Of a DNA stretch of 64,000 nucleotides, positions 7,464 to 14,652 are shown in pieces; the first letter of the stretch is position 1; every line of letters begins with the position of its first letter. The translations under genes and the position numbers were made by a program. The notes beneath the pieces were generated by a model, which was not told where the DNA came from, did no database searches, and saw only the letters and a program-made list of their open reading frames with translations. The DNA comes from a virus. Location: positions 1 through 64,000 of IMG/VR virus record IMGVR_UViG_3300043395_003024, one strand, 5' to 3'.

Positions 7464-9038
7464 ATGTCGCTGAACCCTGCCAAGTCAGGTGTAGGTAAGT
7501 CGTTCCCCTCTCCGCTCTCAGACGCAGAGAGGGGGGCGCACCGCCCTGAACCGAACATGCTCGGACGCAAAGACCTTGCCCATGAGCGTTGGACTGTTGA
7601 GGACTGCCGTGCCGTGCGTGGCGAGCCTCGTACCGACCTTGCACACCGTGTCATGTTCGCACCGTCAGCAGACGGTGAAATGGAGCGTGTCGTTCGTGCG
7701 CACGAAATGATGCATGCGAAGGTGTCGCCCTCGCCCGAGCAAATGGAAGTGTTTATCGCTCGCTCTATCGCCTCTGCTACTGCCATGACAGTTGTTGAGG
7801 AACTGCGAGTGAACTACCTCTGTCAGAAGGCTGGCTTTGATGTCAAGACGCACCTCGCAGACGGAAACGAACTTTCCGCAGGCGAGCAACTTGCCAAGTC
7901 AAACGACTGGGCAGGCGCAGTGGCGACTTGTATCGCCACCGTTGGTACTGCCGGTCACAAGCCATTCCTGAACGGAATCCGCAGGCACAACCGAGCATGG
8001 GGTGACGCACTGGTGGACATTGGCAAGCGAGCCATGAAGGAAATGCGCAAGGCTGACCAGTATCGCACACTCGCAAGCACCGATACCCATGAAGGCGTTG
8101 CTCCGTACGGATTCACCCACACCGAGCGACTTGCCGAGTGGGTGGACAGGCTCGCCTCGTTCCCACCGCCGAAGTCTCGCAAGAACGACCCGAAGGGGAA
8201 GGCTGGCAAGAAGGAAGGCGAAGGCAAAGGTGTAGGTAAGTCCGAGGACGGTGACGGAGACAAGGAACACTCTGCCGAGTACGAGGAGACTGACGGAGAG
8301 AAGGAAGGCGATAGGGACGGAAACCCACACGGCAAAGTCACCCCTGCTGAATCAGGTGGTGCGAGCCGTTGGGCAGAACTGCGTGTCAGTCGTGAACCGT
8401 TGCCTCGTTACCACTACGGCTCAATGGGCAAGAAGCGAATCGCCACGAATGTCGGTATTCGCCCACGGCGCATGCACCGCTACATGACCGACCCTGCGAA
8501 GCGTGTCTTTGACAAGACGGTGCGTGGTAGTGGTGGCATGGTCATCATTGACGCAAGTGGGTCAATGTCATTCACCACCGAGCAAATCGCAGAAATCATT
8601 GAGAACGCTCAGGGTGCGACTGTCCTCATCTACTCCGACCGTGGGCGTGGCAAGGGTGACCAGCCGAACGCATGGGTCGTGGCAGACAAGGGACGCATGG
8701 TGGAGAATGTGGAATACATTGACTACGGACACGGCAACGGCGTGGACTTCCCTGCTATTGAGTGGGGCGTGAGGAATCGTCAATACAAGAACACTCCGCT
8801 CGTGTGGGTCACAGACGGTGGGGTGTGCGGTGCAAATGACGGATTCTCCGACCTGCTCGCCATGCAGTGCATTACATACGCTCGTCAGCACCGCTACATC
8901 GTGGTTCCCCACATTGAGGAAGCCATTGAGCAGTTGCGCAACCTGAAAGTGAATGGCAAGGCACACAGCGTGTTCCCATACACATTCCGCAACATCTACT
9001 ACAAGCACATGGGAGTACCGCTCCCCGAGCGTGAGTAG
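7464..9038 (+). CDS. vWA-domain partner of the AAA+ ATPase, with HExxH motif
   Basis: AHEMMH; MIDAS DASGS; VTDG; charged linker. Confidence 0.8.
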   Translation: MSLNPAKSGVGKSFPSPLSDAERGAHRPEPNMLGRKDLAHERWTVEDCRAVRGEPRTDLAHRVMFAPSADGEMERVVRAHEMMHAKVSPSPEQMEVFIARSIASATAMTVVEELRVNYLCQKAGFDVKTHLADGNELSAGEQLAKSNDWAGAVATCIATVGTAGHKPFLNGIRRHNRAWGDALVDIGKRAMKEMRKADQYRTLASTDTHEGVAPYGFTHTERLAEWVDRLASFPPPKSRKNDPKGKAGKKEGEGKGVGKSEDGDGDKEHSAEYEETDGEKEGDRDGNPHGKVTPAESGGASRWAELRVSREPLPRYHYGSMGKKRIATNVGIRPRRMHRYMTDPAKRVFDKTVRGSGGMVIIDASGSMSFTTEQIAEIIENAQGATVLIYSDRGRGKGDQPNAWVVADKGRMVENVEYIDYGHGNGVDFPAIEWGVRNRQYKNTPLVWVTDGGVCGANDGFSDLLAMQCITYARQHRYIVVPHIEEAIEQLRNLKVNGKAHSVFPYTFRNIYYKHMGVPLPERE

Positions 9039-9206
9039 GTGTAGGTAAGTCGCCCGAGAGGGTGGCGGTGGGCTTGGACACTCACCGTCACCCGAACGGC
9101 GTTGGTACAAGAGTTACCTACACCTTGTACCACCACTGCCCCGAGCGTGAGAGCCATGCTCCTTTGGTTCTCCGCAGGGGCGGTGGGAAAGGGGAGCAGT
9201 GTAGGT

Positions 9207-9446
9207 ATGTTGGAATCGGTACTAGGAACAGAGGCAAGCACAGTGGACGAAGAAGAACTACTAGACGAGTTGTATGACACCCTCACGAATCTCTGTCACC
9301 ACTACGAAGGAATGAAGCGTGAACTCGCAAAGGGCGACTACACGGCAGAGCAAGCGGAACGAGACTGGACTGCACTCACATACAACGAGGGAATGAATGT
9401 TCTGCCGATACTGGCAGACATGTTTCAGAAAGTGAAAGAACCATGA
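9207..9446 (+). CDS. Hypothetical protein
   Basis: ATG within a motif A variant; RBS GGGGAG. Confidence 0.65.
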   Translation: MLESVLGTEASTVDEEELLDELYDTLTNLCHHYEGMKRELAKGDYTAEQAERDWTALTYNEGMNVLPILADMFQKVKEP

Positions 9447-9589
9447 GAACGCCACGACCCGAACAGCCCGAAGGACATGAGAGCAAGTGTCCGTGCGCAC
9501 AGTGCGACTCATGGGCATACGCACTCATTGAGTGGGAACAGCAAGAAGTCACTGCTGGTCGTGACCCGTGGGCAGAGTACCGCCTATGA
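9443..9589 (+). CDS. 48-aa Cys-containing peptide (not in ORF track)
   Basis: MRTPRPEQPEGHESKCPCAQCDSW...; ATGA overlap. Confidence 0.55.
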   Translation: MRTPRPEQPEGHESKCPCAQCDSWAYALIEWEQQEVTAGRDPWAEYRL

Positions 9590-9710
9590 CCCACTTACCT
9601 ACACTCGTCCTGCTCACGCTCGCAGTCGTGCTTGCAGGCATGCTCACTGCATGCACGGTGCATGCTCACAGCATGCTCGTACTGCCAGTGGTACTAGGTG
9701 TAGGTAAGTC

Positions 9711-10031
9711 CTACGACTCTCGCTTTGCGCTCTCCCACGACATGAGAGAGAGTGAACGCCACACGCAGTACAGCGTTCCTAGTTTCAGAGAATCCGACCA
9801 ACCGACTTGCCACGTCACGATTCCTGCCGATTCTGCGACACGCAGTGTTGCCCAGAAGACGGCCGTGTGCGTCAGCGCAAGAAGGACGAATCCGAGAAGT
9901 GCGTTCGGCTCTCGCCGGCTCCGGCTGCGCTTCTTTGGGGCAGGAGCCCCGCTTGAAATCGGAGAATCTCGGAAAGCCCTCGGAAAGCTGCCAGAAGATT
10001 TATTTGTGTTTTTCCAATTTTGAGAAACCAT
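9711..10031 (-). CDS. Putative membrane protein
   Basis: Hydrophobic segments; RBS AGGAG on the minus strand. Confidence 0.55.
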   Translation of the reverse strand: MVSQNWKNTNKSSGSFPRAFRDSPISSGAPAPKKRSRSRREPNALLGFVLLALTHTAVFWATLRVAESAGIVTWQVGWSDSLKLGTLYCVWRSLSLMSWESAKRES

Positions 10032-10082
10032 GCCATCTCCTCGTGCGGGAACTAATTGACGGTGGTGGAAGACCTTGGCGGC

Positions 10083-10457
10083 CTACGAGATTTTTAGTTT
10101 TTTGATTATCTGATGTACGCGCTGCCGCGACAAATCAAACTCATCTGCGATTTCACGCAGCGACTTGCCAGAAATCCGAAGTTCGCGAATTGATTCATTT
10201 CTTGCAGAATCCGTCGCCGGCCCTGGCTGGAATGGACCCCACTGCCAACCATTGATTTGCTCAAGCCTGGTTACACGTGCTGCAGGAAGTTGATTTTTGC
10301 GAAATCTCTGACGGATATAGCCGGCCCATGCACCGAGAGAAATTTCTTTTTCATTTACGATTTCAATATGAGATGCTGGAATCTTCGAATTTCCATTTTT
10401 TGAAATGTAAAGCTCGAGGGCCTCGACATACATATTGAATTTTGTGCTGTTGTCCAT
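10083..10457 (-). CDS. Helicase-associated (HA) domain plus sigma70 region-4 HTH protein
   Basis: ALELY...NG...IP...LGAW...RQ....L...R..RLE...W; LREIADEFDLSRQRVHQII. Confidence 0.8.
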   Translation of the reverse strand: MDNSTKFNMYVEALELYISKNGNSKIPASHIEIVNEKEISLGAWAGYIRQRFRKNQLPAARVTRLEQINGWQWGPFQPGPATDSARNESIRELRISGKSLREIADEFDLSRQRVHQIIKKLKIS

Positions 10458-10473
10458 AGACGAGATATTAGTA

Positions 10474-10487
10474 CGAACATATGTTCG
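10474..10487. promoter_or_regulatory. LexA (SOS) box, Gram-positive/actinobacterial type
   Basis: Perfect palindrome CGAAC-ATAT-GTTCG next to the TAATAT -10 (10470-10465) of the 10457 gene. Confidence 0.8.
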
Positions 10488-10547
10488 GTGCTGGTGAAAA
10501 AGTCAAAAATCTCGTTTTTTATTTACTGGCAGCATTTAAAAATCTAG

Positions 10548-10576
10548 TTGACAAAACCGACGGTGGTGGATAAGAT
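10548..10576 (+). promoter_or_regulatory. Sigma70/SigA promoter, leaderless
   Basis: TTGACA-N17-TAAGAT with motif C in the spacer; ATG 7 nt downstream. Confidence 0.85.
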
Positions 10577-10582
10577 GTTGAC

Positions 10583-10810
10583 ATGCAAGTCCAGACGCTC
10601 ATAGAAGCATTGCAGAAGCTGGATAAGGACGCAGAGATTTGTGCACTTATCTACACCAAAGACCAGTTTGATTACGACCCCGACGATGAGGTTGAACTGA
10701 CCACCGAGGACTGGAACAAACTGTGTCAAGAGTTTGACGAAACCCCTTTTGCGGACATATGGGAATCCATTGCTATGGGCGTCAGCGATTATGCAAAGGA
10801 CAAGGACTAA
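10583..10810 (+). CDS. Hypothetical acidic protein
   Basis: ORF starts at the predicted +1. Confidence 0.75.
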   Translation: MQVQTLIEALQKLDKDAEICALIYTKDQFDYDPDDEVELTTEDWNKLCQEFDETPFADIWESIAMGVSDYAKDKD

Positions 10811-10989
10811 TGGGACTAGTCAGTCACATAGTTACCTACAAAGTAGGTAAATCACGTGGACGCCGTAAAGCCGAACGAAATCAGCCAAAGGCGGAAGACT
10901 CACGTGACCCAGACTGCCTGAATTATGCGTCTTTTTGTAAGCACTTCGGCAGCTGTGATGGTCAAAAATGCGAATACGAGGAGGTATAG
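10810..10989 (+). CDS. Small Cys-rich protein
   Basis: TAATG coupling; stop lies in a motif A variant. Confidence 0.65.
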   Translation: MGLVSHIVTYKVGKSRGRRKAERNQPKAEDSRDPDCLNYASFCKHFGSCDGQKCEYEEV

Positions 10990-10993
10990 GTAA

Positions 10994-11227
10994 GTGCCTG
11001 TATACAGAGTTCAAGTAATGGTCGGCGTGGATGTGGAAGCAGAATCGCCCCAGCGTGCCATGGGTGAGGCAATCACAAAAGTTCGTCAAGAACTCGGCGA
11101 AGACCCAATTGCTCCAATGCCAAAACCAGCTTGGGTTACTGGAATTGTTCAGTGCGACCCACTCGACTGGGGTCATACGGCTATCGAGGGTTATATGGTT
11201 TTCGAGACATCGGCGAAACCAGCCTAA
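10994..11227 (+). CDS. Hypothetical protein
   Basis: GTG start; coupled to the next ORF. Confidence 0.7.
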   Translation: MPVYRVQVMVGVDVEAESPQRAMGEAITKVRQELGEDPIAPMPKPAWVTGIVQCDPLDWGHTAIEGYMVFETSAKPA

Positions 11228-11376
11228 TGCCAGCGTACGAATGTACCGAATGTGGTTCAGTCGCGTTTATCCATGACGCGTGCGAGCTCTGCGGCCTCGA
11301 GACGGATTTCTTCAAAAATCAAAAATCTTCCCTGGCCGCTGCGGCCGCGGACTCCACAGAAAAAGAGAAAAAATGA
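11227..11376 (+). CDS. Zinc-ribbon peptide
   Basis: MPAYECTECG...CELCG. Confidence 0.65.
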   Translation: MPAYECTECGSVAFIHDACELCGLETDFFKNQKSSLAAAAADSTEKEKK

Positions 11377-11837
11377 ACAACGAATACTGGGACACGTCTG
11401 GGAATGCAAGCCCATTTGAAAAAAACAAGCTCGTCGAAATGTTGACAAAGTCAGGCGCTGAGCTCGACGTAGCTCATGAAGTTGCAAATCAGCTTTCTCT
11501 GATTGACGAAGAGAACAACAACGTAATTTTCATTTTTACCGACGACAACCAGATGGTTGTAACTGGAATTCATGTACCTGCAGAGTCTCTTAACGGAGAA
11601 ACTGGACCAGTGCTTATGCGTGGCGGAAACGATAAATCGATAATCGCAGCTTTCTCTCGAGACTTCATCGTCGAGAAACTTGAAAAAGTCGAATTAATGG
11701 AGGAGGGAGCGGGGCTCCACAGAGCTGGCGATGCCGAATGGATTACTGAGTTGGAGAATCTCGCCGAGCTAGTTAGAATCGAAATGAAAGCCAACCCCCC
11801 AGAGAGCTGGGATGACCTGTTGGCAGGGGGTAACTAG
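11373..11837 (+). CDS. Hypothetical protein
   Basis: ATGA overlap. Confidence 0.75.
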   Translation: MNNEYWDTSGNASPFEKNKLVEMLTKSGAELDVAHEVANQLSLIDEENNNVIFIFTDDNQMVVTGIHVPAESLNGETGPVLMRGGNDKSIIAAFSRDFIVEKLEKVELMEEGAGLHRAGDAEWITELENLAELVRIEMKANPPESWDDLLAGGN

Positions 11838-11841
11838 AAAG

Positions 11842-12528
11842 ATGTTGACGGTGGTGGAAGAGATGGAACCAGGGAACCCAAGGTCATGGAACGAGGCTGC
11901 GGCAATCTGCGTTTCTGAGATTTTTGACGAAATTGGCGGACCTCTGGGGCATCTTCGAAAAGTAGAAGAAAATGGAAAAAACAGAATTGTGAGCTCGAGC
12001 GGCCCGGCGGCAGAAATCGAGAATTCTTTAAATTCTGTACTCGAAGGCCTTTCGATAATCGATAATCAATTCGAGGGAATGGTCCAATCTAGGGAATGGT
12101 TCCCGTCGGACCAGATGTGCTGGGTAGAAGAATGGAAAAATCTCGGCTCCATCGCGGCAGCTGCTGGCATCAAAAACGGAAATTTATTCAATATCCACCA
12201 GGGCCCTGGCGGTCATCCAGAAAATCTGATTTCCTCAGCTTCCGCGGCAGCTTCACTCGACAGCTGGATGCTTCGCGAAGACATCACATCGACACTGATT
12301 CGTAAACAATCAGATTACGGACATCACAATATTGCGCGTTTTGGTCGACACGGTCTCGTCGTGCGCTGCCATGACAAAATCGCAAGATTGAAGAATTTGC
12401 ATCTGGCCCGCGGCGGCCAGGCAGCCAACGAATCACTTACTGATACCTACACCGATATTGTCGGATACTCCGCGATTGGGATGATGTGGGAACGTGGGTG
12501 GTTTCTGTTAGATTTAACCAGAGACTAG
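11842..12528 (+). CDS. Nucleotide-modification-associated domain 1 (DUF1599-like) protein
   Basis: RKQSDYG...GLVVR..DKIARLKNL...ESLTDTYTDIVGYS. Confidence 0.75.
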   Translation: MLTVVEEMEPGNPRSWNEAAAICVSEIFDEIGGPLGHLRKVEENGKNRIVSSSGPAAEIENSLNSVLEGLSIIDNQFEGMVQSREWFPSDQMCWVEEWKNLGSIAAAAGIKNGNLFNIHQGPGGHPENLISSASAAASLDSWMLREDITSTLIRKQSDYGHHNIARFGRHGLVVRCHDKIARLKNLHLARGGQAANESLTDTYTDIVGYSAIGMMWERGWFLLDLTRD

Positions 12529-12535
12529 GAAGGGA

Positions 12536-12841
12536 TTGACGGTGGCGGAAGAGACGCAAAAAGCCGTATGGGAGAGGGCGCTCGGCGTCTCGATTAACTT
12601 CCCCGAAGACGACACGGATGAAATCGATGTATGGGCAGCATTTGCGTCGCCGGCTCCGATTATTAAACAGGAACATTTCCACCAGGCAATCGACGAGCTA
12701 CCAGAAATAGAAGCAATTATTGCCAAATCCTTGGTACACCATGGCGTGAATATCTGGCTCGGAATTCCAGAACACATAATCGAGGAGCTCGAGCGCGCCG
12801 GCTACAAAATCTCAAAAACGAGAAAATCTACGCGGCAGTAA
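12536..12841 (+). CDS. Hypothetical protein
   Basis: TTG start within motif C. Confidence 0.65.
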   Translation: MTVAEETQKAVWERALGVSINFPEDDTDEIDVWAAFASPAPIIKQEHFHQAIDELPEIEAIIAKSLVHHGVNIWLGIPEHIIEELERAGYKISKTRKSTRQ

Positions 12842-12867
12842 AAAGCCGGTGTAGGTAACTACTAGAA

Positions 12868-13140
12868 ATGGAAAACATGAATACTCAAGAACTCGAAGTA
12901 AAGCTTCTTGAAGCCGTTCTTTACAACGAAGAAACGGGCGAGCTACACACCCCAGAAGAAAGGGCAGAAAATCTTGATGCAATTCGACTCAAGCTTATTG
13001 AGTTGGGTAATGCATTTGAAAAAATGGACGACATATCGATTGGGATAAGAATGGTATACATCCAGACTTTCATACGTGTCACTGAGACATATCTCGGAAT
13101 TAACGAAAAACATGAAGAACTTCTGGACGCCGGCAGGTAA
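12868..13140 (+). CDS. Hypothetical protein
   Basis: Follows the last exact motif A copy. Confidence 0.7.
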   Translation: MENMNTQELEVKLLEAVLYNEETGELHTPEERAENLDAIRLKLIELGNAFEKMDDISIGIRMVYIQTFIRVTETYLGINEKHEELLDAGR

Positions 13141-13142
13141 CC

Positions 13143-13298
13143 ATGGCGCCAGAAGACATCGAAGTGGAGTTTCTTGCTTTTCAAGAAAGCTGGCGCGACG
13201 ACGTCCTGCTACGTGAGGCAGACATCAAAGCTGAATATCAGGATTTTTGTGATGCGCAGCGGGATGCTTACCTGGATGAGCTCGAGGCCGGCGAATGA
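13143..13298 (+). CDS. 51-aa acidic peptide (not in ORF track)
   Basis: MAPEDIEVEFLAFQESWRDD...ELEAGE; coupled to the next ORF. Confidence 0.6.
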   Translation: MAPEDIEVEFLAFQESWRDDVLLREADIKAEYQDFCDAQRDAYLDELEAGE

Positions 13299-13420
13299 AA
13301 TTCTTCTTTTTCTCCTACATGGCGCTGCTGGGATGGTTCTTTTTCTGGCTAAGGCCTCGTGTTAATGATGGCCGCATAGAAGACATAGTCAACAACATTC
13401 AAAAAAGGATAAAAAAATAA
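13295..13420 (+). CDS. 41-aa membrane peptide (not in ORF track)
   Basis: MKFFFFSYMALLGWFFFWLRP...; ATGA and TAATG overlaps. Confidence 0.55.
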   Translation: MKFFFFSYMALLGWFFFWLRPRVNDGRIEDIVNNIQKRIKK

Positions 13421-13764
13421 TGAATCTAATTCTCACGTTCGGAGCACTCCTGGCGGCCATGGCGGCAATGACTATTTTCGCCGATTCTTTGTCCAGATGG
13501 AACGAGCGACGTCAGTATCGTCGAGCTACTCACCCGCGAAATATCGAAAAAACCGCAAACCATCTTCTGGAGCTCGAGCTGCAGCAGTTGCTGCTCGAAG
13601 AGGAAATTAAAGAAAAAGCACGAAACCGGATGGAGCACCCGTCGAGCTATTCAAAAACCGTCGGCGGCGGCCTCGATGGCAAAACCAAGGAAATTCTCGC
13701 AAAACTGACAGACCCGCGGCCGGCGCGGCGCGATAGGAACAACCAGTTCTGGTGGGGCGAGTGA
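13420..13764 (+). CDS. Membrane-anchored hypothetical protein
   Basis: N-terminal TM segment followed by coiled coil. Confidence 0.7.
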   Translation: MNLILTFGALLAAMAAMTIFADSLSRWNERRQYRRATHPRNIEKTANHLLELELQQLLLEEEIKEKARNRMEHPSSYSKTVGGGLDGKTKEILAKLTDPRPARRDRNNQFWWGE

Positions 13765-13873
13765 AAAGCGAAGGTGCCCCCGGGGAGTCAAAGACGGCCA
13801 CCTACCAACCCATCAATGAACTCAACCCGGGGGCGAACTTCTTTCCGGGCGAAAGGGGAACCCGTAGGAAGCC
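13765..13873 (-). ncRNA. Candidate small RNA (two hairpins)
   Basis: Extended -10 TGTGG-TAATTT at 13889-13879; GC stem 13776-13834 followed by U-run. Confidence 0.35.
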
Positions 13874-13939
13874 TGGATAAATTACCACAATGCAATTAGC
13901 CCGTCTTGCAAGTCCAGAAAAAAAATCCTGGATTGTGGT

Positions 13940-13968
13940 TGACGGTGGTGGAAGAGCCTGATATGGTC
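13940..13968 (+). promoter_or_regulatory. Sigma70/SigA promoter overlapping motif C
   Basis: TTGACG-N17-TATGGT. Confidence 0.7.
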
Positions 13969-13971
13969 TCC

Positions 13972-14222
13972 GGCCACTAGCTCAATAGAGCAAAGTTTGG
14001 AATTCCAAGGCGCCGGCCAGCGCCACACCTACAGAATATTTCTGACACCTCGAGGGGAGGTGTAGTTTGGGTTGCACCTGCGCAATATCTTTTGTAAAGG
14101 TTCCCCCCAGACCCCCCTCCAAAGTATCCTTCCTGGCCAAACCGCAACTGTTCCATTCACGGAACCTAGGAAAGCCAAAGCTCTTACGAAAGTATGATTA
14201 CGGACTTAAGGTGAAGTCTGTT
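13972..14222 (+). ncRNA. Candidate structured RNA or replication-origin element
   Basis: No ORF of 60 aa or more; at least 7 short hairpins; lies between two promoters. Confidence 0.4.
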
Positions 14223-14277
14223 CAAAATCATAAATTTGTTTGACGGTGGCGGAAGACTTCAACTAGATTGGGAAACA

Positions 14278-14652
14278 ATGACTACTGAAAAGAAAAAACG
14301 CGGCCCTAATGCTCACAACCAGAACAAAACAGAAATCGGCCGCAAGGTAGCCCTTCCCCTAGTACTAGAAGTATTTGAATACTGGAAGCATGTAATGGGT
14401 AAGAAGCGCGCTCAGCTCGATATCAAGCGCGAGAGAGACCTCAGATGGGCGATAGCTGTATACAACGTCGAAGGATGTAAAGAAGCCATCGCCGGCTGCG
14501 CCCTTTCAGATTTCCATATGGGTAAGAACAAACAGAGAACTGTTTACAATGACATATCTGTCATATTCAGAGATGCAGAACATGTAGAGAAGTTCCAGGA
14601 ACTGTACGACGCTGGCAACACTTCAGCTAAATCTAACTGGGCAAGCGAATGA
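14278..14652 (+). CDS. Replication initiator C-terminal-domain-like protein
   Basis: VFEYW...R...AI.....SDFHMGKN...YNDI..IFRD..HVEKF; upstream TTGACG-N18-TAGATT. Confidence 0.55.
   Translation: MTTEKKKRGPNAHNQNKTEIGRKVALPLVLEVFEYWKHVMGKKRAQLDIKRERDLRWAIAVYNVEGCKEAIAGCALSDFHMGKNKQRTVYNDISVIFRDAEHVEKFQELYDAGNTSAKSNWASE

Larger units (their letters stand above)
207..9952. repeat. Motif D: palindromic GGGGC-AGGA-GCCCCGC, usually as inverted doublets
   Basis: Doublets at 207/240, 1269/1300, 3091/3125, 6456/6481. Single copies at 5639 and 9937. Confidence 0.85.
79..12859 (+). repeat. Dispersed polar repeat motif A, (G)GTGTAGGTAA(G/C)
   Basis: Plus copies start at 79,172,825,1208,1452,2067,2741,3051,3260,4098,4416,5182,5545,6408,6429,6597,6617,6639,7488,8229,9038,9697,12848. 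Inverted copies at 100,1140,5570,9113,9594. Variants at 6160,9199,10831/10843,10983,20076. Confidence 0.95.

Noticed and set aside
9568-10023. Plus-strand 151-aa ORF
   Set aside because: It runs through the motif A hairpin and lies antisense to the more credible 9711-10031 gene. A short translated form cannot be excluded.
1-10050. Classical integron, or assembly chimera at the 10-kb composition shift
   Set aside because: There is no IntI and no true GTTRRRY/RYYYAAC cores. Motifs A and C continue across the boundary, indicating one genome.
2071-10989. TAG recoding or readthrough at motif A stops
   Set aside because: Downstream genes are in other frames with their own starts, long genes are uninterrupted under code 11, and no suppressor tRNA is seen.
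79-12859. AG/GTAAGT in motif A as a spliceosomal 5' splice site
   Set aside because: Gene organisation is prokaryotic (SD sites, coupled ORFs) and ORFs are intact without splicing, so the match is treated as coincidence.
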